Source of the DNA: Octopus vulgaris
Lineage: Eukaryota
NCBI GenBank assembly: GCA_951406725.2
Contig: OX597814.1
Coordinates: forward strand, 86,676,001-86,740,000
Length of the DNA: 64,000 bases
Direction of reading: 5' to 3'
The notes below the pieces were generated by a model. It searched no databases. It saw only the letters and a list, made by a program, of their open reading frames with translations, and had not been told where the DNA came from. Shown here piece after piece: positions 1 to 13,389 of the stretch. Position 1 is the stretch's first letter, and every line of letters starts with the position of its first letter. Both the position numbers and the translations under genes were made by a program.

Positions 1-62
1 TACAAATTTTGACACCTGAATCCATGACATGTTTTGGAAAATACGGACGTATGGCAACCCTA
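1..62. mobile_element. Right end of a hAT-like DNA transposon/MITE, truncated by the window edge
   Basis: Ends ...ATACGGACGTATGGCAACCCTA, the reverse complement of a TAGGGTTGCCA terminus typical of some hAT elements. The other end and TSD are not visible. Confidence 0.45.
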
Positions 63-599
63 TTTTAAATTAGAATTTATGCAAGTACCCCATTAATTCG
101 AAGCATGACTTAAGTATTAGATATATCCTACTGTTTCTACAGTATCTTTCACACAGTTATTGTAAGAGAAACGATGCAATTGGTTTTCAACCAGATAAAA
201 TAACTACGCTTTCAGGTAGACTAATTTTCGTAGAAGTGTAACGCTCCGAAATTTATTGTTGGAACTTGTTTTTCGATAACAGTTTTATTGTGATGGAACA
301 ACGAACAATTTTTTGTGTGTGTGTGTAAATATAGCGAATGATTCTCTGCTTAGGTGAGAACATACTGCGCATTTCAAGATACTGTTATGTAGCACACGGG
401 GTTAAGTGTCGCAGTTTGGACAGTCTTAGTATGTTCGCAAATTCTAATGTAGACCACAGCGGAGTCGGGTTAGCTTTGGTTAGTTAAAAGACGGCATCGG
501 AGGAGCCTGCATAGTCATATGACCTATGTGTGTGTGTTTACTTGTTGAGTCTGGAGGAAGCGACAGAGCCCATGGCTTTTGCAGACTCGATGAGACTGT

Positions 600-1420
600 T
601 CCATTATTTAAGCTGATGCTTAAGACGTGAGTGGAGAGATTTCGGAGAGCCAATGTTTCCGGGGTTTAGCGGTTAGTACGAAGAAAAGAAATTGGATGCA
701 CCAGAGTGCCGCATCAGTGGTAAAACGAGTGGGTTAGAGTTGCCTGGGTGGTGGAGATACGAGACCAACCATCTCCGAAGGGCGAAGGTTGTTATAGTAG
801 CGGTAGAAAAGACCGAGAATAGAGGCTGGGGTAAGTCTGTTAGTAATTGAGTTCCAGTCAGTCGAGTGACACTTTTCTGAATACATACCACCGCCTCAGA
901 TGTGGGAGAACTTCAGAGTAGGTTTTGTAGTTTCAGCAGCTGTCGTTTGTTGAAATATCTTCTTGTCAAAAGAGATGAGCTAGCCTTTGAGATGCATTTC
1001 CTAGCTATGTTAAGGGCGTGCTTTTGCCAAGAGAGATTCGCAGTGATAGCGGAGTCCAGCATTTGGTGTGGCTGGGGGCTCTAACTGAGTGCCGTTCAGT
1101 TTTTGGAAGTGGTGTTTTGTGATGGTGTTTTCTTGATACGGTTAGGCTGCTCTCAAAACTTCCGTTTATGGAATCTATGCAGGTTTGGCGTGTGATGTTT
1201 AGATAGCTGGAGGATGATACGTGGTTCGGGAAGATAGGAGCAGAATGAAGGTTTTCGTAACAGTGAGCGTTGTTAGAAGCGGTGCAAGTAGATCACTGAT
1301 ACATGGGAGGCATCCAAATTCTCTTAAAATTGGATGAATATGCTAGATAAAGGTATGATATTGGATGTAATAGGTAGCTTGTGGTTATCTACTTCGTTCA
1401 GCTGATGGTGATACCACTGT
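600..1420 (-). mobile_element. Highly degenerate non-LTR retrotransposon remnant (CR1/Jockey-group RT C-terminal region)
   Basis: Minus-strand fragments read ITANLSWQKHALNIARK and SVFYRYYNN, which resemble post-RT motifs of CR1/Jockey-group LINEs. Many stops and frameshifts; GC is above the flanks. Confidence 0.4.
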
Positions 1421-2579
1421 CATGTATGACACCAGAGAAATAATTAGAAAAATTGATATCTGATCAACATGGAAGTTCGTCGAGGTTATTTCGTCTACTA
1501 GAAAATGTTTAAAACATTTTTTGCGATTCTTTTTGTTTCACTAGCTCTCTTTCTCTGTCTTTCTCATTTTTTTCTCCTATTGCAGTCTAGGCGCCTTTAA
1601 TCTTTGTATCATGTATTGAATTATTTTCGGGCGGAAATTTGTATGGGAGATCTTTAACAAACGTTAAAGGCATACCACAGTAACGACGACTGTCGCTATT
1701 GACAACAGTAACTTGAATGAAAGAATGCGTCACAACTTGTTAAAGTTTTGAAAGGGAGAGAGAAAGAAAAGGGAAAAGACACATATAGAGAAAGCTTCGA
1801 ATAGCTTCTTCCCACATTCTTCCTTTCCGCATATGAGTAAGCTAATGGAATAGAGCGAATCAACAAAAGAAACTTTTACACGTTGCTCGACCTGCTAGAA
1901 ATAGCAGTCAAATTTAACAGATAATGCCACGACGTTTCTCAGAATGTACACATTGAATAATGTAATCTTGGATATGCAGAAATACAGGGTGGGGGGTCAA
2001 AGGTGAAACCTATTTCATCATGAGCTCGATTTGGGCTAACTTGGGACAAAGCAATTATCAGAATTCATGTCGACCTTTTTTCATTTGATATCGTATGAGT
2101 TTATGATTTCTCTCTTTCTCTCTCAGACAGTTTTTTTTTGCATATTTTTTTGTCTTTTTTTAGTACCTCTTCCCTTTCTTTTCCTTTTTTTCTCTCACAT
2201 ATACAAATTAAAAATAATAGCTAAATTTCTTTCAAATCACGCCCTAACCTCTTAATGCGTGTGTGTGTGTATACACGCACATACAGATCAAAGTATGTAG
2301 TATTATAGATCCATTACAACCGATTGGTAAGATCGGCTGTAAAGAAGTTTTAATACTGTATACTTAGATTAATAAACTCACTCCATTAACAGATATACGA
2401 ATACATATTTTTTGGTCAGTGCACCTTCTTGAAGAATTTTAGTCATATGATTCGGTTCCAGGGCTTATTATTTTTTTGTAAAGCCTTGTACTTATTCTAT
2501 CGGTTTCTTTTGCCGAACCACTAAGTTACGGGGACGTACACACCAACCGGTTGATATATATATATATATATATATATAT

Positions 2580-2915
2580 CATCATCATCGGCGTTTAACG
2601 TCCGCTTTCCATGCTAGCATGGGTTGGATGGTTTAACTGTGGGCTGGCGAACCAGATGGCTGCACCAGGCTCCAATCTTGATCTGGCAGAGTTTCTACAG
2701 CTGGATGCCCTTTCTAACACCAACCACTCTGAGAGTGTAGTGGGTGCTTTTACGTGCCACTGGCATGGGGCCAGTCAGGCGGTACTGGCAACGACCTTGC
2801 TCGAATTTGTTTGCACATGCCAACGGCACAGGTGCCAGTAAGGCGATGCTGGTAACGATCCCACTCGAATGGTGCCTCCTACATGCCACCGGCACGGAAG
2901 CCAGCTAGTCGCTCT
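2580..2915 (-). mobile_element. 5'-truncated RTE-LINE 3' end ((GAT)n-tailed repeat)
   Basis: CATCATCAT..TTTAACGTCCGCTTTCCATGCTAGCATGGGTTGG..CTGGATGCCC, the same repeat that is contiguous with RT coding fragments at 37115-38851. Confidence 0.85.
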
Positions 2916-3111
2916 GATGTGCAATATATATTTGTGCTAATGTAAATGTATCTTGTATGGTATTTAATATACCTTCCATGCATTTTTTTGTTTTCCAAAT
3001 TCATGTCATTGGCCACTCTGCATTATTTCTCTTAGCTCATTTTTGTTCTAATTATGTAAATTGCTCTAGACCATAAAGTGTTCTCTACTCTTTTTGTATA
3101 TGTCTACTGGT

Positions 3112-3170
3112 GGGATAACTGCTATACTGATGATACCTATTGAGGCAGAAACTCATGTCCACTACTATCC
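3112..3170 (+). ncRNA. Degenerate minimal type-I hammerhead ribozyme motif
   Basis: CTGATGA(3127-3133)-TACCT/AGGCA stem II (1 mismatch)-GAAAC-TCAT-GTC(3157-3159). Stem I is poorly paired next to the core. Confidence 0.4.
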
Positions 3171-4049
3171 TTTTATCCTCAGATAAAAAAAACGAAGACA
3201 AAAACACTAAAATAGACTGTTTCTTCCTTTATGGCATGTCTGAGTGTATTTGTATTATATCTGTTGGCCTCTATGAACACGTTCTCATAGATAAATAAAT
3301 ATGGTCTCAATGAAGGCATTCATTTTTTTTTCTGTCTTAGTTTGTCATGTTGAATAACCCAACTTGACAAGCTTTAGAAAGTAATTAACTTAGTAGTTAG
3401 TACTGTGTGTATCCTGTTTAAAATTTTACAATATAAGTATTAGGTAGCTGTCACAAATCAGGTTTTAGTTCTCAGTTTCAGTTCAGCATGCAGAACTTGC
3501 TAATTCATTTTATTGTTGTGTGAGGTAAAGTTGTGGGGTGGGTGCTGTTGAATTATAGAATTGTAGAGGATGAATAAGAATGGTACAATTTATATCAGAG
3601 CTTGAAAAGAGAATGAATTGAGATGGAATGGTTGGACTCTGGTACTTAATAGACTGAAATATGAGTAACAACAAGCAAAGAGGAGTTGTTTAATCTTTAC
3701 TTACTTCTGATTGAGCACACCTATGATAAAAACATTTGAACTATGACCATCCTGTTTTTTTTTTCTGTCTCTCTTTTCTTGTTCTTTTTTTTTTTCACTG
3801 AACTTCAGACTGCATTATCCAGTCTCATAAAATAGTATAATGTGGGAGATTTGACTACTAAATATGGCATCTCAAATGACTACATAGAGGTTCCCCCGTT
3901 GGCTTGCGAGATGGTTGGATGCAGTAAACATTATCGAAATGAAATGAATGCCACTAGTCAATGCTGTTCAAAGGCTGTAGGAACCTAATGAAATGTAATG
4001 CTTATTTATTCATATTGTTTTGAATTAATTGTGTATTATCTTGTAGCTT

Positions 4050-4362
4050 CAGTGGTTAGAGCATTGGGCTCACGATCATGAGGCAGTGAATTTGATTCCT
4101 GGACTGGATTGTGTGTTGTTTTCTTGAGCAAGACATGTTATTTCATGTTGGTCCAGTTCACTCAGCTGTAGAAATGAGTTGCAATGTCACTGGTGCCAAG
4201 CTGTATCGACCTTTGCCTTTCCCTTGGATACATAGGTGGTGCAGGGAAGGGAGGATGGTATGCATGAGCGACTGTTGGTCTTCCATAAACAACCTTGCAC
4301 AGATTTGTGCTTTGGAGGGGAACTTTTCACGGTCATTCATGACTAAAGGTCTTTATCCTTTT
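4050..4362 (+). mobile_element. tRNA-derived SINE inserted in an older MITE-like element
   Basis: tRNA-like head AGTGGTTAGAGCATTGG..TTTGATTCC followed by CTTGAGCAAGACA..CCAGTTCACTCAGCTG. Related copy at ~58527-58830. Both flanks match the element at 36221-36429. Confidence 0.7.
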
Positions 4363-4683
4363 TTACTATCTTGTAAGCATCAAGATTTCAGTAATGTGAT
4401 TGTTTACTCTTAGAATGACGTTGTAGAGAGGACAGGTGTGAGAGGCTGGATCTGGCAGATTTTAACATAAAATGGGTTGAATATTATGGCTGGATATACC
4501 TGGTTAAAACACTAAAGGGTAATCCTTTAGCATTTAAAGATATGTGATAATAGCTCCGCTGGTAGCAAGTTATGAGGAACTTTCTCTATTACACAGAAGA
4601 AAAAATGTGTTCAGAAGTTTACACCGTATGAATGACAGACAGGATTTCAATTGAATAATGTGTGTACCACTAACTGTGTTTTT

Positions 4684-4687
<4 letters not shown>

Positions 4688-4739
<52 letters not shown>

Positions 4740-4745
4740 TATATT

Positions 4746-4811
<66 letters not shown>
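4688..4811. repeat. (TA)n microsatellite
   Basis: Direct reading of the sequence. Confidence 0.95.
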
Positions 4812-4812
<1 letters not shown>

Positions 4813-4963
4813 TTGGCGTTAGGAAGGGCATCCAGCTGTAGAAACACTGCCAGATCTGACTGGACTGGTGCAGCTTTCGGGCTCCCAGACCCCAGTTGAA
4901 CCGTCCAACCCATGCTAGCATGGAAAGCGGATGTTAAATGATGATGATGATGATGATGATGAT
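4813..4963 (+). mobile_element. RTE-LINE 3' tail
   Basis: GGAAGGGCATCCAGCTGTAGAAAC..CATGGAAAGCGGATGTTAAAT followed by (GAT)n. Confidence 0.85.
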
Positions 4964-4964
4964 A

Positions 4965-6198
4965 TCATCCCATAAATAATGTTTTTTTTTATACTTTTTT
5001 ATTTTTCAAAATTAAGATAAACACAGTTCTTTTTTAATTTAAAATATACTTTCCTTCATTTTCTTCAATGCTCTTCCATCTATCTGGTAGACTTGCAAGG
5101 CCCCTTTCCCACAATTCACTTGTCCATGATGAAAAATACTCCTCCAGTACTGTTCTGACCTCATCTACAGAATTCATATTTTTTCCGTTCAAATGATTTT
5201 GAAGACTGCGGAATAAATGATAATCAGGTGGGTGGGGCATTGCTTCCCATTTAAACTGTTCCAGCCTTTGGAATATCATCCTCGCTGTATGTGGCCAAGC
5301 ATTATCCTGATAGAACACCTTTTGTCTTGAACACAAAGATGGTTGTTTTTCTTCTAACACTGACTTAAGCTGCTCACAGTAGATCTCTTTTGTTACCATT
5401 TGGTCTGGGTTTAAAAGTTCAAAGTGGACTAAACCTTTCATATCCCACCAAACAGATAACAACATCTTACATGGGTGATGTCCTTCTTTAACCTGGAGTG
5501 CTTGTGTTTCTCCTTTCCCTACTCACTCTCTTCGGTGCTTGACATTTTTATAGAGAACCCATTTCTCATCCCCAGTTACTATTTGGTTCAAAACAGATTC
5601 ATTCGTGAGACGTGACAGCAGTGAGGAGCACACATTCACTTTCTGCATGTGATTAGACTTGGAAAATTTGTGGGGAGCCCATTGACTCAATTTGCTGACT
5701 TTTCCAATGGCACACAGGTGTCGATGAATGGTTGAATGACCAAATCCAAGCTTCTCTGCTAGTTTCTCAAAAGTTACAATGGGATTTTGTTCCACCAGAG
5801 TTTGCAAGATATCCTTGTTGAGCTCTAAAGATCTTCCCGGACAAGGCTCATCTTCTAGGCTGTGGTTTCTGGCTCAGAGTTTGTGGAACCACTGTTGACA
5901 TTTTAAGCTTATTGTCTGGTCCCTGTATACTGTATTAATATTCTTTGCACTTTCCATTGTGTTGTTGCCTTTATTGAACTCATAAAGCAAAATATGCTGA
6001 ATTTACTTCTTTGTTACTTCCATTATGGCTTTGTAAAAATAACTGTTAAAATCAAACTGCACTCTTCAAAACTTGCACTAAGAATAAGGACATGGTGAAA
6101 TTACTACATGCTTTTATAGCAGATTGATGCAGGTAGTTTATCCCATCCCTCTCCTACATGCAATTGAAAAAGCCGTATTATTTATGGGATGACCCAAT
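4965..6198 (-). mobile_element. Mariner transposon with a pseudogenised transposase
   Basis: ORF pieces 5523-5807 and 5034-5465 carry WAPHKFS (WVPHEL-like), IVTGDEKWVLY, QDNAWPH and DYHLFRSLQ. TIR TCATCCCATAAATAAT / ATTATTTATGGGATGA; ~1.23 kb; the YSPDLAP motif is deleted. Confidence 0.93.
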
Positions 6199-6454
6199 TT
6201 ATATATATAAAAGTAATCTTTCAATATTAGCACATCATCATCTGTCCTCTTTTTCTTTATCTATATAATGAAGGAATGTTGTGTGGGTAAATGACATTGT
6301 CCACTAATACCAAAGGATTGCCAACACACACACACACAGGGCGACTTCAGGACACTGAATCTTACAGAGGAAATGACAGAAATATCTTGCTGCACTCAAG
6401 ACCTATTGTCCACTGCAGTGTTTATGGCACTCCTCTGATGAAAAGAATTGACCT

Positions 6455-6704
6455 GCCAGAGCCTTGTACTCGTGCCACATAAAAAACACTTGTGTTGGCG
6501 CCATGTAAAAGCACTTTTGGCAGTGCCACTTTAGAGGTGCCTAGCACACTCTGCAAAAAGATTGGCATTAGGAAAGGCATCCAGCTGTACAAACCAAGCC
6601 AAATCAGACTTGAACTGGGTGCAGCTCTCCTACTTGCTTGCTGTGGTCAAACCATCCAGCCATGCCAGCATGGAAAACGGATGTTATAGCCTGATGATGA
6701 TGAT
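6455..6704 (+). mobile_element. Older RTE-LINE 3' tail
   Basis: GGAAAGGCATCCAGCTGT..CATGGAAAACGGATGTT..GATGATGATGAT. Confidence 0.75.
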
Positions 6705-7523
6705 ATATATATATATATATAGGGTGCGGTGAATAAACCATTGTCTAAATTACACAAAAATGACATCTCATCTTAACAGATATATTTACCAGAATTACCG
6801 TTAGAAATAAGGACTAAATCTCCCTCAGATATACTCTACCATATTGACTGTCAGAAGCAAAAATAAAGATGTGTGAAATGACTTTGATTTGCTTCATTTG
6901 AGCCAACTTGGTACTAAACTGGAGCATGCATACACACACTCAATGTTATAACTCCAGGTTAATTATATATCGAACGGTTACGTACTCTCTATTTCATTCC
7001 CCCAACAACACTTATATCATCTTAGATGTTTTATATCAACCTCATTCTGAATCCATTTATGTATATAACTCATAACAAAGGCCATGTGTATGGTGTTACT
7101 AGCAGGAGGGCATGTATCATTTTTACAAATCTTAAGAGAATATTATTGCTTCACATTTCTTTAACACAAATTTTACTACAGCCGATAAGACTAAATAGTT
7201 ATTCGATCTGTTAGATATAGCAGCTAATTCTCTCTTATATCATACCCTCCATCTTAAAACTAACATATCATAGGTGCAGCAACGAAATTCGCTTAGGGTC
7301 TGCAAACTCTGCTCTAAAATTTTTAACGAATAAGGTTGATTTATTTTCAATCTTAATATCAAAACTAACACAGGTCGACTTTGCCTTTCATCTTTCTGGG
7401 GTCGATGTAATCGACTTGTCCCCTACCCACTAATTTGAGGCTTTGTGCCTATAGTAGGAAGGATTCTTTTATTTGTACATCAATCAAATCAGATAAATCC
7501 AATAATGGAAAAGTAATATTTCA

Positions 7524-7695
7524 GGATCTTTTCGGTTTGAACGGCAGTTTTTAAAAATAATTTCCACGTAACTAAACACTTTTAAACTTCGTATACTGGT
7601 AGAATGTGTTTATAAAACATCTTTTTCTCTAGGCTTTATTGAGAAAATTCTATAGTTTGTAAGATATTTGTTGTTTTTTTTCTTCAATTTCTGCA
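7524..7695. mobile_element. Truncated copy of the GGATC-TIR MITE at 12197-12589
   Basis: Starts with GGATCTTTTCGGTTTGAACGGCAGTTTTT and matches the reverse complement of ~12425-12589. Confidence 0.85.
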
Positions 7696-8059
7696 GGCCT
7701 AACGTCAACAATGATAAGTACCGATACCACTAGCGGAGCTAGAGTGTGTACCGCCAGGAGCGGCCCTTCCGTTTTCCAGCCCCGGACCTCACGAAAAACA
7801 CATAATTACCTACTCTAGTGACCGGCACTGTATTATCTGGTTCGAGTGCCGATGTCATTTTTAGCGATCGTATGGGAGAGAGAAAGAGAGAGAGAGAGAA
7901 TAAATAATATTTACGTGGTTGTAAAGGAGAAATCTAATGGAACTTAAATTATATTTTTGGAATGAAAGCGTTCTATGAGCTGTTAAAAATCTGTTTATCA
8001 TAATTTCCTAGAGCGTGTATGGTAACGTTACATGTTTCCTCATACAACTTATTGGTCCC

Positions 8060-8262
8060 ACCGCCGGGCGAAATGCGTAGCCGTATTTCGTCTGTCGTTA
8101 CGTTGTGAGTTCAAATTCCGCCGAGGCCGACTTTGCCTTTCATCCTTTTGGGATCGATAAATTAAGTACCAGTTACGCACTGGGGTCGATGTAAACTACT
8201 TAATCCCTTTGTCTGACCTTGTTTGTCCCCTCTATGTTTGGCCCCTTGTGGGCAATAAAGAA
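8060..8262 (+). mobile_element. tRNA-derived SINE (family with GAGTTCAAATTCCGCCGAGG..CTTTGCCTTTCATCC)
   Basis: B-box-like GAGTTCAAATTCC. Related copies at ~7370-7465, ~10810-10925(-), ~19510-19715 and ~49265-49550. Confidence 0.75.
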
Positions 8263-8950
8263 ATATATTAATTACAGCAGTAACAATCCAGAGTGTAGTT
8301 TATTTTAAACTTTATCACACACGTGGATTGGGGTTTTCGCGTTTATAAACAATTAGAACATGGTAAAATAAGAATTTAGTGTGTCTTATTTTATTGTAAT
8401 ACATTTATTCTTCTATAAACATACTACTTTATTAATACTATTACACGCGCACGTTAAGCGCACAATTACAATATATATAAATATGCACATAAAAAGTCTT
8501 AATTCCACATGTGTCACTAGAACAGATTGGTTAACATACATATCTCTCTGTATCCCCCCACTCTCTCTCTATATATATCCCCTCTCTGTATATGTGAGTA
8601 TCTGTATATAAGATTCAGTTGAATTAGGTACTTAAATTGAGGCACCTCGTTAGGTCGGAATAATATACACACAACAATATTATGTAAATATCAAACTTGG
8701 TTCAGGAGTACGGGCAGAATGATATTCATGCAGTGTATGTAGACAATTAGACCCAGCTGAGTAAAGAAATCCGCTCTTGAGCTATTCAGACATGTACATT
8801 ATATTAAATATACGGCGATCTTTCGTTTGTAGTAGCACGTTTCCGTCGATGATTTCTGTAAAAAACTATCGCCAAATATACAATCCGTAAAATTTACGAA
8901 GGGCAGATGTGTGTGTGTGTAAATATATATGAGAGAGAGGTGGGGGAGAA

Positions 8951-9129
8951 TAAGCCTACACTAGTGTGCCCCTCTATCGACTTTGTTTCCTCATAACTTT
9001 CAGAAAAATGAATATTTTAAAATTCCGATTTAATCGTAATATACATCTGCAAAATATAGAAAATTTCATTTAGAAATAAAGTTATGAGGAAACAAACTCG
9101 AGTGGGGCACACATGTGCAAGTAGGCCTA
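8951..9129. mobile_element. MITE-like imperfect inverted repeat
   Basis: GTGTGCCCCTCTATCGACTTTGTTTCCTCATAACTTT (8964-9000) pairs with AAAGTTATGAGGAAACAAACTCGAGTGGGGCACAC (9078-9112). Confidence 0.6.
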
Positions 9130-11569
9130 CACTATTTCAATCCACTCGTTATTTAGACCCCACTCCCCATTTCTCTCTGTATTCCTCTCCCTAGACACAA
9201 AGTCGCGTCCTCAACGCCAGATATATATGCCAAAGAGACCGTATTATGTCACGCTGAGTTTGAAGAGTGAAAAATGGGTTTGGCATGGTTGTTGAAATGT
9301 AAACAACATGTGTTTGTCAGCTTACTTGTTGCAGTCTGTGGTAGATATGGTGGTGACAAGTAGGGGTTGTAGTCATAGGAAGGCGAAGTGAAGGAAAAAT
9401 AGTATTTATAAATTGGTGAAGTGAGAAACAATTGAAGTGAAAATTTCCTCACATGTTTGCACATGCGGAGAGCGACTAGTTCATCCTGTTTTGTGTTTTA
9501 GGTCAAACTATCGACTAGAACACGCAGAAGTAGTGAACTTATAGTAACAGTAGTTCTTTAAATGGAATGTTCTGGTTGTTGATTAGCCCCAAGTCAGTCC
9601 TGATTTTGTAAACCTATCATCAAAAACATTCCAACCGTGGCCATCCCCACCTTTATACAAGCATATAATCACGACTACATACATTATCCAGTGTTCCATT
9701 TTAAGATAATAGGATCTCACTTGAGGGCGGTTTGGCTTCCGTTTCTAGCAGTTTCAATGACTATGTAGGGGATCTATCATTGTATAGTGCGGTGAGCCAT
9801 CGTCTAGCTGACCTGTGACACGTATACCGACTGTTGTGTTTTAGCCACAGGTTAGTTCCTATCGAGCAGGCTTTTGATGAAAGGTGTGACCAACACATTT
9901 TTGGTGTCCACTGTACATGATCAACCTATTTTTTCCTCGTATTCACTGTATCTAAGACAATATTATCCGATGTGGGTTTTTATTTTTTGTTATTTAAACA
10001 GTAGGCTCTGATTTGGTTATTATTTATAGTAGGTCAAGCAACTACGCATTGTCGAATGATTACGGGCTTTCCACTCGATCTGTTGCGCTGTATTATTATA
10101 TCATCGTTTTTTGATAGTTTTGACTGCAGTCCGCACACCCTCCACTGTCCATCGTATAAATATGTAGGTTCTGATATTTACATTTGCTTGTGACATAACT
10201 GTTGCTGCCTGTTCTTCGACTCTAGTGACGTATATCAAAACAGATTTGTGGACTATAATGAGGAGGCTTGTCTGTTTGTTTGCGAATTCTGTGCTTGAAT
10301 GCTCCTTTTTGACATTTTTTTCTAGCTTGATGTTTATACGTTTTTTCCCCTCTCTAGATATTTATCGTTCAATGAGCATTTAAGTCGTGACCATTCAATC
10401 TAGTTTTCATGTGTTGGTTCTTTTGTAAGGTTACTTTAATGTTTTACTTTCTTTTTATAGTCACAGAATGATTTGAATATTTTGTTAACTCTAGCAAGTC
10501 TTAGAGACTCTAGATCTTAGTTGTGAACACGACTTCCATTAGTGCTTCCTATTTCAGCTTGACCTTTTTACTTAGCGATTTATTTGCTAACATTTCGACA
10601 GTGTTGATTGAGCTAACCTGTGATCAAAAGTGCCAGCGTGACCGTTCCATTTTTTCATGTTTTTGAGACATTATCTTATTTTGGCTGTTATTTCTAGCAT
10701 TTCCAGCGACCACGAAGAAGTTTCTTTCGTTTGCTTACCGACAAATTCGTGAAAGGCAGGGACACGCCCTAAATTAATTTTCATAATTACCGATGAAAAT
10801 ATTGATTTCTAGCAATAGGCACAAGGCCTCGAATTTGGAGGCGAGGTATATTTAATTATATGGATCAGTATTCGATTGGCACTTTACTTTAGATCTTAGG
10901 AGGATGAAAGGCAAAGTTGACTTGTTAATGAAAATAGCTTTTTTTTTTTTTTATTGAACCTCTGCAACCTATGTTGACATCTTAAGCTAGTAGTAAATAA
11001 TTGCCATTCTTATCTGATGTGGCGGCACGTTGTATCGATTATAGCTTATTCCATCTCCATTAATGCGTTCATACATTGTTTATTTTTTTGTATTTTTTTT
11101 ATTTACACGGCCACATACGTAGCCAATTGAATCGGTCTGGTATATTCCAGATACTTTTTTTTTTTTGACCCGGCGACTTTTGGCTCATATCCACCCGATG
11201 TCATTTTTGTCTTTCATTTCTGCTTAGTTTCTTGAATCTGTGTCAGATATTTACGTAAGTCGATGCAACCCAATTTGTTGCTTTGTGGTATTATTTAAAT
11301 CAATGTATGAGCGACCCAGTTTCTGTTCTCAATTGGGACTATGTTTCACTTAGGAAGCTAAAGCCATGGAAAATGCATGAATGTTCCAAAATCCCTCAAA
11401 TTACTATTGCGCAGATACATTTGTATGTGCATATCGCATTTGTTACCTCAATGATAGATATTTTCTAACTTTATCTTGAGCCACTGTTCAAAATGTTGTA
11501 AACCATTATATATCAGGAATTAGTAAAGGCAAAAAACAAAATAAGCTATATTGTTTGTGTACTACTATC

Positions 11570-11900
11570 AACAGTAGTGGAAAATCCTCTGCTTCCCAGC
11601 TACATGGTTCCAAGTTCAGTCCCACAGCGTGACACATTGGGCAAGTGTCTTCTACTATAGCCTCGGGCCGACCAAAGACTTGTGATTGGATTTGGTGGAC
11701 GGAAGCTGAAAGAAGCCCGTCGTATGTATGTGTGTGTGTCCACCACTGCTTGACAAACGGTGTTGGTGTGTTTACATCCCTGTAACTTAGCGGTTTGGCA
11801 AGAGACCGATAGAATAAGTACTAGATTTTAAAAATAAATCCTGGGGTCGATTTGTTCGACTAAAACCCTCCAGTGCAGTGAAACAAGTAAAAGATAAAAG
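11570..11900 (+). mobile_element. tRNA-derived SINE (family with TTGGGCAAGTGTCTTCTACTATAGCC..GATAGAATAAGTAC)
   Basis: Related copies at ~2410-2553(-), ~13390-13755(-), ~16590-16705(-), ~20160-20320, ~48010-48310 and ~63060-63140. Confidence 0.8.
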
Positions 11901-12196
11901 ATATGTACTTTATCTAGTGAAACTGTAGTGAGATGTCGGAGGATGTACCATTATTATGAAGTACAGTTTTGGCGGGCGGGGTGGGGGACGGCTGCAGTTA
12001 AATAACTGTCAAATTACATGATGGAAGAGTGAGGTCTGTGCTAAATCCCTCGCGTGGTTAACTTTTTTTTTCTTTCTTTAAAGATATAGTGTTAGTTACT
12101 GAATGTTTCTCTCACGAAATTGATCCGATCTTTCTGGAAACATCTGATAGACTACAATAATAAATGAAGGCAAAACACTGTATCAAATGAATTGTC

Positions 12197-12589
12197 GGAT
12201 CTTTTCGGTTTGAACGGCAGTTTTTTCTAGCGGTGTCATATGAAATTGTCACCTATGACTCTAGTATCGATCTATTGCATTTCAATCTGTTTTAGGGTTA
12301 GGGGTGAGGGAAGGGTATCTTTTTTTCTTCACAAATGTAAATAAACCCAATCTGTTTCTTAAACGAGGGACATATTCATACGGCACAGAATGTTTTCACT
12401 TTAACAGACGTATTTGATTGGTTGAAATTGCAGAAAAAGAACAACAAATATCTTACAAACTATAGAATTTTCTCAATAAAGCCAAGAGAAAAAGATGTTT
12501 ATAAACACATTCTACCAGTATACGAAGTTTAAAAGTGTTTAGTTACCTAGAAATTATGTTAAAAACTGCCGTTCAAACCGAAAAGATCC
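12197..12589. mobile_element. Intact non-autonomous DNA transposon (MITE); Merlin-like or hAT
   Basis: Perfect 29-bp TIRs GGATCTTTTCGGTTTGAACGGCAGTTTTT and an exact 8-bp TSD GAATTGTC (12189-12196, 12590-12597). Confidence 0.92.
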
Positions 12590-13389
12590 GAATTGTCTTG
12601 ATTTTAATCTGCCATGGTAGGATTAAGATAGAAAAGGTTGATATCAAAGGAAAGAATAATTAAGCCAACTTCTATAACCGTTTCTTTTTTTTTTTTAATA
12701 TATATCTCAACTCTCGTTATATTTGTGGTATTAGTAATCTTTCAGATAGAAACTGTTAAAAGAAACCTGCGAGTTTTTTCTGGCGGTGGGCAACACGGTA
12801 CTGTTATTAACTTGACTGAAAGTGTAATTCTGTTAACATTGTTAAACATTGTTTACTCTGTCTTGTAGGGGTAGGAATCTTAATTGATATCGTATATAAA
12901 CAATATTGATTTCTCTCACGTTGTCTTTTAGAGATTTGATTTTATGTAAGTTGCTGCTTTGTTGGATTGTGTTCGGGCTTAAACTGAGAAAGAGTGCATA
13001 GATGAAGGTGGAAGAACATTTAGATCTGATGTAGATTAGTCCTTGGATCGTTAAGGTTGATAGTTAATGGTAATCCTGACTGCGTTAGGCCAAATAGATT
13101 TTCTACGCGGTAATTAGATTAGATATTAAAATGTTAGGAGTAGATTAATTATACCAAACATTTTAAAAAGTAAGTTTATGTAGTTAGAGTATGCAAAATT
13201 TTACTTCAAAAGATAAATTGACGAAGAACTGAGTGGAACTGCCCATCGCAAACCCGCATAGGACAAGGGATATGTCATTTAGTTTAAAGGGATATTTTTT
13301 GTGTTATCTAGAGATTTTGCGTTTCTTATTACGATCACACAAACTTCGTCATTTTGGGTAATAAAATGTACTTTCTCGTTTGTTGCCCT

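Noticed and set aside
4050-4110. tRNA-like sequences (also at ~8060, ~11570, ~58527)
   Set aside because: SINE heads with degenerate boxes and no complete cloverleaf; not tRNA genes.
12870-13280. Possible Penelope RT remnant (minus-strand GFAMGSS)
   Set aside because: A single short motif in stop-ridden sequence; not enough to call.
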